Origin: a virus
Virus record (IMG/VR): IMGVR_UViG_3300021425_000008
Location: 1-64,000 of that record
Reading direction: 5' to 3' (one strand)
DNA length: 64,000 nt
The position numbers were made by a program, and so were the translations under genes. Under the pieces are notes generated by a model, which saw nothing but the letters and a program-made list of their open reading frames with translations, was not told where the DNA came from and did not search any database. How positions within the stretch are numbered: the stretch's first letter is position 1; every line of letters starts with the position of its first letter. Shown piece after piece: positions 41,294-51,160 of the stretch.

Positions 41294-41319
41294 ATAGTCA
41301 AAACAACTAAAACTACACT

Positions 41320-41973
41320 ATGAGTCTAATGATTGCTCTCCCCTGTCATGGGGGAATTGTGAGTGAAAAAACAACAATGAGTTTATTCAATCTGGGTAAA
41401 CTCTTAGTAAGAAATAATATTCCTCACGGTCTTCTCACACAGGCAAACTCTTCTCTAATCACACAAGGAAGATCCAAGTGTGCTAATTTCTTCCTCAACA
41501 ACACAGAGCACGAATATCTTTTCTTCTTAGACAGTGATATTGGTTTTAATCCAGAAGATGTATTAAAACTACTCTCACATCAGGTGGATATTGTTTCTGG
41601 TGCATATCCAATGAAAACAATACCAATTCGTTATTGTTACGATACAATTCAACCAGAGCAACGCAAAGGAGATTTGGTTAAAATAGAAGGAAATGGAATG
41701 GGATTTGTTCTCATTCATCGTAATGTATTCTTGAATATGGCACAAAACTTTCCAGACCTCAAATACATTCCACCAACAAATGACAGTAATCATCCACCAT
41801 CACAGGCAGAGATGAATAATTCATATCACTACTTTATGGAGCACAAGGAAAATCAGTCCTTTATGAGTGAGGACAAAAGTTTCTTTTTTCGTGCTAGAAT
41901 GTTAGGATATGATGTCTGGTTAGATACATCAATCAAATTACAACACGTTGGTTCACATATTTTTGCTGAGTAA
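41320..41973 (+). CDS. GT-A fold glycosyltransferase
   Basis: IALP, LFFLDSDI DxD motif, SED..F..R, L.HVG. Confidence 0.8.
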   Translation: MSLMIALPCHGGIVSEKTTMSLFNLGKLLVRNNIPHGLLTQANSSLITQGRSKCANFFLNNTEHEYLFFLDSDIGFNPEDVLKLLSHQVDIVSGAYPMKTIPIRYCYDTIQPEQRKGDLVKIEGNGMGFVLIHRNVFLNMAQNFPDLKYIPPTNDSNHPPSQAEMNNSYHYFMEHKENQSFMSEDKSFFFRARMLGYDVWLDTSIKLQHVGSHIFAE

Positions 41974-41975
41974 TT

Positions 41976-44378
41976 ATGAAGTCTGGAGCAACTGAAAGTT
42001 CATTTCATTATCTTTCACAATATTATGAGTTTCCTGAAGAGGTAGAAGTCTCACATCTACCAGAGGAACTTAAAAAGTCTAGTAAACCATACAAAGTCTT
42101 ATGGGCACATCATGCTTATGATCAACCTGCATTTCTAAATTTCAATCATGAGACGGTAACTCACATTGTGACACCATCTCACTGGGCAAAGGAACAATTG
42201 ATCAAGTTTCATAATGTTCCTAAGAATAAAATTACTGTAATTTCAAATGGTGTGAATGATATCTTCACCTATTCTGAAAACAAAACAAAGACTTTTATTC
42301 ATACTTCTATTCCTTACAAAGGTTTAGAACTGATGCCTTCTATTATACAGAGAATTCAACAGAAGCATCCTGATGCAAAGTTTAAAATCTTTTCATCAAT
42401 GTCACTGTATGGTCCTCTGAATGATCCTTATCTTGAATTGTATGAGGATCTGAAGAAACTTCCTAATGTAGAATACTCTGCGGCAGTAGACCAAGAAGAA
42501 CTTGTTTCTGCCTATCAAGAATCTGCTTTCTTCATTCATCCAAACATTTGGGAAGAGACCTTCTGTGTATCAATGGCAGAGGCAATGAAGTCTGGTGCCT
42601 ATCCAATCATTACAAACATTGGAGCACTACAAGAAGTTGCAGGAGAAAACTTTGCATCCGTTGTACCGATTGAGGGCAACCGCACAGCAAAAGGATATCA
42701 GGTTACAGAGAACTTCCTAAATACATTTGCAGAGGTTTGTTGTACTGCTCTAGATTATTTTGACAGGGACATAACATATTATAATCAAATCTCAAAATCA
42801 CTTTCCAATCATATTTCACAGAAGTGTGACTGGAAGAAAGTTGCAAACCAGTGGGAAAAACTCATCAATACTGTTTGTAATCCTAATGTATTTTTTAGGG
42901 AAAATAGTGTTGATAAGTCAATTTATGATGAAGTTTATATTCAAAATGTTTATGAAATTGAAAACCTGAATGAAGATGATGTCATTATTGATATTGGTGC
43001 TCACTGTGGATATTTTTCCAAACTTTGTTTAGATAAGGGAAGTAAAAATGTAATTTCCTATGAGGCAGATGAAAGTAATTACCAATGTTATTTGAAAAAT
43101 CTATCCAAATATCAAGGATGGAAATGTCATAATATTGCCGTTTGGAAAAAATCTTGTGATGAAGTTCCCTTTTATACCTATCCTCACAGTGAAAATACAG
43201 GATTAAATTCTTTCTACAAGAATCCTTATATGAATTCTTATGAGGAAACAAAGGTAAAAACAATTTCTTTGGATGATATTTTATCTTCATATGATAAAAT
43301 CAAAATTTTGAAGATTGATGCAGAAGGAAGTGAGTATGATATTCTTATGAATTCAACATCAATTCAAAAAATTGAAAGTATTGTTGGAGAATATCATAAT
43401 GATATGACTGACAAAACTATGAGTGATTTGAAAACATATTTGGAAACTCAAAACTTTGTCATATACAAAACAGTTAAATACAATGAAACAAGTGGTTTAT
43501 TTTTTGCAAAACACAAGTCTAAAATGAATGGAGAAACTATGACTATTGAAAATACTGCACTGACTTATCAACCCGTTTCGGCAGAACAAGCAGTAATGGA
43601 TGATGATTATCTTCGTAAGGCATTTGATAATGTCATGAAATGGGAAGAAAGTGATAAAGAACTCGCACAAGGCAGAACTAATTTCCAGTTGGAAAAGTTT
43701 GCTCTGCTTGAAACTCATACACTTCCTGTTGCCTTTGAGAACACTCTGAAGTCCCGTCGTCAGATGGCAGAAGGTTATATGTATAAACTCATTGAGATGA
43801 AAGAAAAAGTCCGTGAGTTTGAGTACAAGTGGAAAGACCAAGATCGCACACAACCAATCTTCTGGGAAGAATCTGGTCCTGGTGGCGGATCAAAGAAACT
43901 TTGTTGGTTTGACCTGGATGAACTGGCACTGACTCATTACCTGAAGTCTTGTGAGTTAGAAATTCGTGACCGTCTTTTCCAAATGGAGCATCTGGATAAG
44001 ATTCTTGCCAAACTTGTAGAAGAAAATGGTGGTAAACCAGTCAGTAGAGAGCAGTTCCTGGAAGGTGACGCTCTGTATTGGGAGCGTCGTTTTGCTGATC
44101 AGGCAATGGATGAAATGGTTGCTGCACAGACTGGTATTTCCATTGGCAATCTTCACAGTATGCGTCGTGCTTCTGCACCTTCCATTGTTGATAAGAGAAA
44201 TGAATTACCAGAAGGATATCTGCCATTGAATAAGATGCTTGAAAGTCCTCAAGGTAAGATGGAATTCTTGAATGATCTGCAGAAAAAAGTTCTCACTGGT
44301 ATTCAAGAAGTCACTGGTGAAAATCTGGGTATGATTACTGGAAGTACAGAGGAGCAAAAGAAACTGGAAGGTAACTGA
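41976..44378 (+). CDS. fusion of GT-B (GT4-like) glycosyltransferase, FkbM methyltransferase and unknown helical domain
   Basis: ETFC.SMAEAM..G..PI.TN.GAL.E; IDIGAHCG and LKIDAEGSEY; helical C-terminal third. Confidence 0.8.
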   Translation: MKSGATESSFHYLSQYYEFPEEVEVSHLPEELKKSSKPYKVLWAHHAYDQPAFLNFNHETVTHIVTPSHWAKEQLIKFHNVPKNKITVISNGVNDIFTYSENKTKTFIHTSIPYKGLELMPSIIQRIQQKHPDAKFKIFSSMSLYGPLNDPYLELYEDLKKLPNVEYSAAVDQEELVSAYQESAFFIHPNIWEETFCVSMAEAMKSGAYPIITNIGALQEVAGENFASVVPIEGNRTAKGYQVTENFLNTFAEVCCTALDYFDRDITYYNQISKSLSNHISQKCDWKKVANQWEKLINTVCNPNVFFRENSVDKSIYDEVYIQNVYEIENLNEDDVIIDIGAHCGYFSKLCLDKGSKNVISYEADESNYQCYLKNLSKYQGWKCHNIAVWKKSCDEVPFYTYPHSENTGLNSFYKNPYMNSYEETKVKTISLDDILSSYDKIKILKIDAEGSEYDILMNSTSIQKIESIVGEYHNDMTDKTMSDLKTYLETQNFVIYKTVKYNETSGLFFAKHKSKMNGETMTIENTALTYQPVSAEQAVMDDDYLRKAFDNVMKWEESDKELAQGRTNFQLEKFALLETHTLPVAFENTLKSRRQMAEGYMYKLIEMKEKVREFEYKWKDQDRTQPIFWEESGPGGGSKKLCWFDLDELALTHYLKSCELEIRDRLFQMEHLDKILAKLVEENGGKPVSREQFLEGDALYWERRFADQAMDEMVAAQTGISIGNLHSMRRASAPSIVDKRNELPEGYLPLNKMLESPQGKMEFLNDLQKKVLTGIQEVTGENLGMITGSTEEQKKLEGN

Positions 44379-44911
44379 TGAACCAAAAGTTTATGATTAT
44401 TGATGACTTTTATGATATTGCACATCAGTATCATCAAAGTTTCTTTAGTAAACAGTGTATGATAACTGAAGAGACTACTCAAAAACTTTCTTATATTTTG
44501 AGTAGTCCTGTGGAAATTGTAGAAGCATTCAATGAAGTTACATTTGAGAATACTGCAAATCCAATTACTGCGAATACTGCTTGTGATTGGATTGCTGTGA
44601 TTTATCTTACAATGCCACCTGATTGTGTATCAAAGAAAGGACTGAGTTTTTACAGTCATAAGAAAACAGGACTTGATAGTTTTCCAAATGAATATGCCTG
44701 TCAAATCAATGGTTGGCAGAATATGGATGATATTGTCAAGTCCTTTGATGTAAGTGATAAGAATGAATGGGAAGAATATGCAAATGTGTTTGTAAAATAT
44801 AATCGTTGTGTGATTTTTCGTGCTGATTATTGGCATTCTTATGGTAATGGTTTTGGTAGTGAAATAAATAACTCAATGCTATACCAGAAGTTGCTGATAA
44901 AAAATGCCTAG
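44378..44911 (+). CDS. DUF6445-like (2OG oxygenase fold) protein, possibly degenerate
   Basis: IIDDFY, VIYL, G.SFY.H, YNR.V.F....WHS; first H.D ligand pair appears absent. Confidence 0.6.
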   Translation: MNQKFMIIDDFYDIAHQYHQSFFSKQCMITEETTQKLSYILSSPVEIVEAFNEVTFENTANPITANTACDWIAVIYLTMPPDCVSKKGLSFYSHKKTGLDSFPNEYACQINGWQNMDDIVKSFDVSDKNEWEEYANVFVKYNRCVIFRADYWHSYGNGFGSEINNSMLYQKLLIKNA

Positions 44912-47900
44912 TCCAAGAGGGATATTTCGACTTAAGCAAGTCTATGAGGATCAGTTAAGTGATAACTGGTCTGTTAAAACTGATGTATGGTTAAGTCCAA
45001 GTCCATTTTTTGGATCTTGGGATTATGGTTACTTTTTTGGTGGTGGTCCAGCATTTTATGGACAAACTTCTGCTGATCGTATTGATTTTTCTAATGATAC
45101 TGCTACTGCTACCCTAAAATCTGGAATTTTTGATACAAATAGTGGAACAAAGCAATGGGGTGCTGCAAGTAGTTCTACTGCATCTTATCTTGCCGGTGGT
45201 TATTTTCCAGCAAATACCGACATAAGAAAATTTAACTTTGCTAATGAAACTTCTTCAGTATTGACAACTGCATCACTAGCAACACCAGTTCCAGGATCTT
45301 ATTATGTTACTGGAACTGGAAACCAAAATTTTGGGTATTTTTCTAGTGGAGAAACTGCGACAACAATAGTAACTCGTGTTGATTATTCTAATGATACTTC
45401 AACAAGTGTAGGCAATCTTTCTTTTAGCAGCAGGAGGTCTACTGCAACTGGCAATCAGTCTTATGGATACTTTGGTGGTGGTCTTACAGTATCAACAGTA
45501 GACCGTATTGATTACTCCAATGACACTGCAACTGCATCACCAAAAGGACCATTAAGTGCTGCTAGAGGACAATTAGCAGCAACAGGTAATGCTTTTTATG
45601 GTTACTTTGGTGGTGGTGGTCCTACGTTATCAACAGTAGACCGTATAGATTATTCTAATGATACTGCTACGGCATCACCTAAGGGACCATTGAGTGTTGC
45701 CAGACGTAGTTTAGCAGCAACAGGTAATTCTTCTTATGGATACTTTGGTGGTGGCATTCCATCATCAATAGTAGACCGTATTGACTATTCTAATGACACT
45801 GCAACTGCATCTCCAAAAGGACCATTAAGTGTTGTTAGAGAAGACCCAGGTGCTGGAAGTGCTAAGGCAAACGGAATCACAGATCTGACATTATTGCCAG
45901 CATCAAGCGAGAGACCTAATGCAACACCACAAGGATATGATACTGGTTATTTTGGTGGTGGTGTTTCTCCTGGTGCATCATCAAGAGTAGACCGTATTGA
46001 TTATTCTAATGATACCGCAACAGCATCACCAAAAGGACCGTTAAGTGTTGCTAGATATAATTTAGCAGCAACAGGTAACCAAAACTTTGGTTACTTTGGT
46101 GGTGGTGATCTTTCAAAATCAACAGTAGACCGTATTGATTACTCCAACGATACTGCAACAGCATCACCAAAAGGACCATTGAGTGAAGCTAGACCCGACG
46201 TAGAAGCAACAGGTAATAGTAATTTTGGTTACTTTGGTGGTGGTTCTGGGTATCCTGCTCCTGCATATGCTACTTCTTTAATAGATCGTGTAGATTATTC
46301 TAATGATACTGCCACTGCATCACCAAAAGGTAATTTGAGTGTAATAAGACAAGGTGCTGGAGCAACAGGTACTCAATCTTTTGGTTACTTTGCGGGTGGA
46401 TTTAGTGGTCCTAGTGCAACATCAACAACAGATCGTGTTGATTATTCTAATGACACCGCAACAGCAGTGCTGAAAGGTAATTTAAGTAGTGCTAAAAATT
46501 CAACTGGAGCAACAGGAAACTCTTCTTTCGGTTACTTTGCTGGTGCTTCTTCTTATATTACAACAGTTGATCGTCTTGATTACTCTAGTGATACAACAGC
46601 AATGTCACCTAAGGGTTCACTAAGTACTGCTAGAGGAAGTATGGGAGCAACAGGAAGTGCTTCCTTTGGTTACTTTGCTGGTGGACAAACTACTGGTGGT
46701 CCCAGAATTTCAACAATAGATCGTGTAGACTATTCCAACGATACTGCAACAGCATCACCTAAGGGTTTACTTAATGCTAATGTGTCTGGTATGGGAGCAT
46801 CAAGTTCCAGAGCAAATGCAATACCACTCAAAGGACCTGGTGTTCTGTCCCAACCATTTAACCTTGCAACTGGTGCTGTAGAAACCTTTAATACTGGTTA
46901 CTTTGGTGGTGGTCAACCTTCTCCAAACTCAACAGTAGACCGTATTGATTACTCTAATGATACTGCTACTGCATCACCTAAAGGTCCATTAAGTTTTACT
47001 AGCAGAGACTTGTCAGCAACAGGTAATGCTAATTTTGGTTACTTTGGTGGTGGTTATACTCCTGCTCCATTCTCAACAGTGAGTCGTATAGATTACTTGA
47101 ATGATACAGCAACAGCAGTAGCAAAAGGACCATTGAGCACAACAAAACTTAGAACTGGAGCAACAGGTAATGCTTCATTTGGTTACTTTGGTGGTGGTCA
47201 AAATCCTGGTGGTAATCTATCAACTGTAGACCGTATTGATTATAGTAATGACACTGCAACAGCATCACCTAAAGGACCATTAAGTGATGCCAGGACAGCA
47301 CTGTCAGCAACGGGTAATCAGGATTTTGGTTACTTTGGTGGTGGGGAAAGTCCTGGTGATGTTTCAACAGTAGATCGTGTTGATTATTCTAATGATACTG
47401 CAACGGCAGTAGCAAAAGGACCACTGAGTGTTGCCTCATTAAGATTCGGAGCAACAGGTAATAGTTCTTTTGGTTACTTTGCCGGTGGATTTAGTCCTAC
47501 TATATCAACAGTAAGTAGAATTGACTATAGTAATGATACTGCAACAGCATCACCAAAAGGTCCATTAAGTGCTGCTAAAGGATATGCTGCTGCTACAGGA
47601 GATAGTTCTTTTGGATACTTTGCTGGTGGAGTTACACCTGCTATAATATCAACAATAGACCGTATTGATTATTCGAATGATACAGCAACGGCATCTCCTA
47701 AAGGGTCATTAAGTTCTACTAGGGGAAATCATGCAGCATCATCCGCAAGAGCAAACGGATTTGCCGCAGTCGGTCCAGCAGTAACAGCAAACTCACCAGT
47801 CCAAAACTTCCCAGTAACATTCTTTGGTTATTTTGGTGGTGGTTTTTCTCCTGCTACTGTATCAATAATAGACCGTATTAATTATACTAATGATACTGTA

Positions 47901-48680
47901 ACAGCCTCAGTAAGAGGATCATTAAGTGTTGGTAAGTATGGTGTAGCAGCAACAGGTAACAGTTCTTATGGTTACTTTGGTGGTGGTTTTCCTGGACCAT
48001 TATCAACAGTAGACCGTATAGATTACTCTAATGATACCGCAACAGCATCACCAAAAGGACCATTAAGTCTTGCTAGAAATTACTTAGCAGCAACAGGTAA
48101 TGGTTCTTTTGGTTACTTTGGTGGTGGTAGTCCAACATTATCAACAGTAGACCGTATTGATTACTCTAATGATACCGCAACAGCATCACCTAAGGGACCA
48201 TTGAGTTCTGCTAGAGAGTTTTTAGCAGCAACAGGTAATGCTTCTTTTGGTTACTTTGGTGGTGGTAGTCCTACAACATCAGTAGTAGACCGCATTGATT
48301 ACTCCAATGATACTGCAACAGCATCACCTAAAGGACCATTGAGTGTTGCTAGGGGATATACTGGAGCAACAGGTAATGGTTCTTTTGGTTACTTTGGTGG
48401 TGGTCTTCCTTCGGGAGCAACAGTAGACCGTATAGATTATTCTAATGACACAGCAACAGCATCACCTAAGGGTCCATTGAGTCTTGCTAGAAATGGTTTA
48501 GCAGCAACAGGTAATAGTTCCTTTGGTTATTTTGGTGGTGGTGGTCCTGGTCCAAGATCAACAGTAGATCGTATTGATTACTCTAACGATACAACAACAG
48601 CATCAGTAAAAAGTCCATTGAGTCTTGCTAGACAATACTTAGCAGCAACCTCAGCAGCAGCAAACGGATTGCCACAATAA
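44904..48680 (+). CDS. Kelch-like tandem beta-propeller protein B (4 x 6 blades)
   Basis: 24 repeats with the same framework and linkers as 37514..41293; first three blades divergent. Confidence 0.8.
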   Translation: MPSPRGIFRLKQVYEDQLSDNWSVKTDVWLSPSPFFGSWDYGYFFGGGPAFYGQTSADRIDFSNDTATATLKSGIFDTNSGTKQWGAASSSTASYLAGGYFPANTDIRKFNFANETSSVLTTASLATPVPGSYYVTGTGNQNFGYFSSGETATTIVTRVDYSNDTSTSVGNLSFSSRRSTATGNQSYGYFGGGLTVSTVDRIDYSNDTATASPKGPLSAARGQLAATGNAFYGYFGGGGPTLSTVDRIDYSNDTATASPKGPLSVARRSLAATGNSSYGYFGGGIPSSIVDRIDYSNDTATASPKGPLSVVREDPGAGSAKANGITDLTLLPASSERPNATPQGYDTGYFGGGVSPGASSRVDRIDYSNDTATASPKGPLSVARYNLAATGNQNFGYFGGGDLSKSTVDRIDYSNDTATASPKGPLSEARPDVEATGNSNFGYFGGGSGYPAPAYATSLIDRVDYSNDTATASPKGNLSVIRQGAGATGTQSFGYFAGGFSGPSATSTTDRVDYSNDTATAVLKGNLSSAKNSTGATGNSSFGYFAGASSYITTVDRLDYSSDTTAMSPKGSLSTARGSMGATGSASFGYFAGGQTTGGPRISTIDRVDYSNDTATASPKGLLNANVSGMGASSSRANAIPLKGPGVLSQPFNLATGAVETFNTGYFGGGQPSPNSTVDRIDYSNDTATASPKGPLSFTSRDLSATGNANFGYFGGGYTPAPFSTVSRIDYLNDTATAVAKGPLSTTKLRTGATGNASFGYFGGGQNPGGNLSTVDRIDYSNDTATASPKGPLSDARTALSATGNQDFGYFGGGESPGDVSTVDRVDYSNDTATAVAKGPLSVASLRFGATGNSSFGYFAGGFSPTISTVSRIDYSNDTATASPKGPLSAAKGYAAATGDSSFGYFAGGVTPAIISTIDRIDYSNDTATASPKGSLSSTRGNHAASSARANGFAAVGPAVTANSPVQNFPVTFFGYFGGGFSPATVSIIDRINYTNDTVTASVRGSLSVGKYGVAATGNSSYGYFGGGFPGPLSTVDRIDYSNDTATASPKGPLSLARNYLAATGNGSFGYFGGGSPTLSTVDRIDYSNDTATASPKGPLSSAREFLAATGNASFGYFGGGSPTTSVVDRIDYSNDTATASPKGPLSVARGYTGATGNGSFGYFGGGLPSGATVDRIDYSNDTATASPKGPLSLARNGLAATGNSSFGYFGGGGPGPRSTVDRIDYSNDTTTASVKSPLSLARQYLAATSAAANGLPQ

Positions 48681-48700
48681 ATACTTCAAATAAATATATT

Positions 48701-49318
48701 ATGAGACAAAACATCATTGTTGTGGATGACTTCTACTCAAATCCACAAGAAGTTAGAGAGTTTGCACTCAAGGCAGAATATCCAGAACCAACAGACGACT
48801 ATACATATCCAGGAAGAAACTCAGAAGATTCTTATTATTCTCAAGACATTCATAAGTCCTTTGAGAATATCATCAAAGAACCACTCATACCAGCAGATAA
48901 GAATGGATATTTTCGCATCTCATTAGAAACTGATACTCATAAACAGGATGTTCATGTAGATCCATCTTGGGAATGGGGTGCCGTAATTTATATGTCATCA
49001 CCAGAAGATTGTGTTGATGAAGGTGGCACATCATTCTGGAAACATAATACTCTTCAGTCAGAAAACATTCCAAAGACTGATGAAGAAGCACAGTTTTATG
49101 GATATCCAACTTATAAAGAATGTTGGTGGACGACAGTATATGGTGATGGACTTGACAGAAATAAATGGACTCGTTACTTTCTGTGCCCGATGAGGTATAA
49201 TAGACTAGTATTATTTCGCACTCATTTGTGGCACTCTCATAATTTTAACTTTGGAAATACATTAGAAAACGGTAGATTGGTTCAGTTATTTTTCTTCAAT
49301 CCAGTCAAGGAGTGGTAA
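48701..49318 (+). CDS. DUF6445-like 2OG-Fe(II) oxygenase
   Basis: VVDDFY.NP..VR..AL, YPG, HVD, GGTSF, YNRLVLF....WHS, RLVQLFF. Confidence 0.8.
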   Translation: MRQNIIVVDDFYSNPQEVREFALKAEYPEPTDDYTYPGRNSEDSYYSQDIHKSFENIIKEPLIPADKNGYFRISLETDTHKQDVHVDPSWEWGAVIYMSSPEDCVDEGGTSFWKHNTLQSENIPKTDEEAQFYGYPTYKECWWTTVYGDGLDRNKWTRYFLCPMRYNRLVLFRTHLWHSHNFNFGNTLENGRLVQLFFFNPVKEW

Positions 49319-49869
49319 TGAAACATAAGGTTTATATTTCTGGCACTGGACGATGTGGAACAACATTTCTTGTGATTATTCTTTCCTATCTTGGTCTTGA
49401 TACTGGATACACAAAAGAAACATTCACCAATCACATCTATGAAAACTGCAATTCTGGATTGGATAAACAATGGGATGATACACCATATATTCTAAAGTCC
49501 CCAGCATTTCTTAATCAAATGGATAGACTTCTGAATTCATTCATTATTGATTATATGATTATTCCAGTAAGAAAGTTTGAGGATTCGGCAAAGTCCAGAG
49601 CATTTCATAATCAACAACCAGGAGGATTGTGGGAGGCAAAAAATTATGAAGAACAACTTTCATTTTTTTATAAAATATTTGAGAACTATAAGAAACTAGA
49701 AAAAGAACATCATATACCAACAATCTATCTGGATTTTGATACAATGATATCATCACCAGAGTATCTTTATGAAAATCTAAAACCAATTCTCAAAGAAACT
49801 ACACTAGAACAATTCACAGGAGCATTTGAGTTTGCAACAAATCATCAAAGGAGAAAGAAAAATGTATAG
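49318..49869 (+). CDS. sulfotransferase-like P-loop protein
   Basis: ISGTGRCGTTFL PAPS-binding-type loop; K.P and R....S..S motifs. Confidence 0.65.
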   Translation: MKHKVYISGTGRCGTTFLVIILSYLGLDTGYTKETFTNHIYENCNSGLDKQWDDTPYILKSPAFLNQMDRLLNSFIIDYMIIPVRKFEDSAKSRAFHNQQPGGLWEAKNYEEQLSFFYKIFENYKKLEKEHHIPTIYLDFDTMISSPEYLYENLKPILKETTLEQFTGAFEFATNHQRRKKNV

Positions 49870-50344
49870 TGCATATTATGTTCCAAAGTTTCCAGTTTCT
49901 TATATCACACAAGATGGAAGAGACCTGTGGATCAATAATCCAAATCATATAAAACATCAGTGTGGATTATTGCAAGCGATATTAGAGCACATAGATAATA
50001 CAAATCATATTGATCCAGTTCGTATTGTTATTCCAGTAGAAGGTCAGGTTCAGGCAGGACCAGCAGGAGTGCAGAGATTATATGCACTGACATATTTAAA
50101 AGGTCATACGCATGTCCCTGCAATTGTATCAACTCAAAAATTGTATGATTGGTTTGGTGAAGGTGTAGTAGAAATTAAAGATAAAGATCAACTTAGGTCA
50201 TATCTTTCAATAGAACCTGTTGATTATGGTATTGACCCTGATGGAAAAGCACACTGGCATAATCAAAATCCAAATGAAAAACAAATGAGAGAAACCCTTA
50301 AAGTATCTGAGAAAACATTAAATAAAATTTTGAAGTGTATATGA
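49862..50344 (+). CDS. hypothetical protein, weak ParB/Srx-like pattern
   Basis: P..I...G..RL.A...G...VPAIV. Confidence 0.45.
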   Translation: MYSAYYVPKFPVSYITQDGRDLWINNPNHIKHQCGLLQAILEHIDNTNHIDPVRIVIPVEGQVQAGPAGVQRLYALTYLKGHTHVPAIVSTQKLYDWFGEGVVEIKDKDQLRSYLSIEPVDYGIDPDGKAHWHNQNPNEKQMRETLKVSEKTLNKILKCI

Positions 50345-51159
50345 AAAAATATCATTTTATGGCAGGACTTCCACGATCAGGAAGCACCTTATTGAAAAGT
50401 TTGATTGACCAGAACCCAAACATTCATACAGAACCTGTGAGTTCTGTGATGGAACTGATGTATCATACTGAAGAATATTTTAAGCATTCAGAACAATACT
50501 TAGGATATCCAAAACCACAGAATGCTCATAAGATCATCAGTAGTTTTATAGAGAATTATTATTACGAAAGAGAAGAAGATATTATTATAGATCACTGCCG
50601 TGCTTGGCCCAATAATATTGAAAGAATCAAAACTTATATCACACCCAATCCAAAGATTATCTGTCCTGTAAGAGACATCGCAGAAATTCTCACATCTTTT
50701 ATTACAATGGTGCATCGTAATGACGACCAAGTTTCATTTATAGATCAACACCTGATTGAAAAAGGTGTCACTGTGGATGATGATAATCGTTGTCAGTATT
50801 TGATGAGTGATGATGGGATTATAGAGCAAGCACTGTGGGCACAAAGTCAGGCATTTATCAAGAATGATACAAGACACTTATTGATGGTTGAATATAATGA
50901 CTTAGTGAATACTCCTGATGAAACGATGAGAAGGATTTATGATTTCTTAGAGATGGATGATTACGATCATAACTTCAAGAATGTGGAAAATCATCATCGT
51001 GAAAATGATGACCAATGGTATCTCAAGGATATGCACTATGTGAGAAAAGAAGTGAAAAAGACTTCTAAGAAGCCAGAGGATGTTTTGTCTCCTTACATTC
51101 TAAATAAGTATAAGAAACTGGAATACTGGAAGTATCCCGATAGTCCTTATTTAATATAA
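50341..51159 (+). CDS. sulfotransferase family protein
   Basis: AGLPRSGSTLL..L..QNP, KIICPVRD..EIL.S, Y.DLV..P...M..IY.FL. Confidence 0.88.
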   Translation: MKKYHFMAGLPRSGSTLLKSLIDQNPNIHTEPVSSVMELMYHTEEYFKHSEQYLGYPKPQNAHKIISSFIENYYYEREEDIIIDHCRAWPNNIERIKTYITPNPKIICPVRDIAEILTSFITMVHRNDDQVSFIDQHLIEKGVTVDDDNRCQYLMSDDGIIEQALWAQSQAFIKNDTRHLLMVEYNDLVNTPDETMRRIYDFLEMDDYDHNFKNVENHHRENDDQWYLKDMHYVRKEVKKTSKKPEDVLSPYILNKYKKLEYWKYPDSPYLI

Positions 51160-51160
51160 G

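Noticed and set aside
37630-48660. CRISPR-like array (conserved repeats with variable spacers)
   Set aside because: The repeats are in-frame protein-coding units of about 140 nt with synonymous variation; no cas genes
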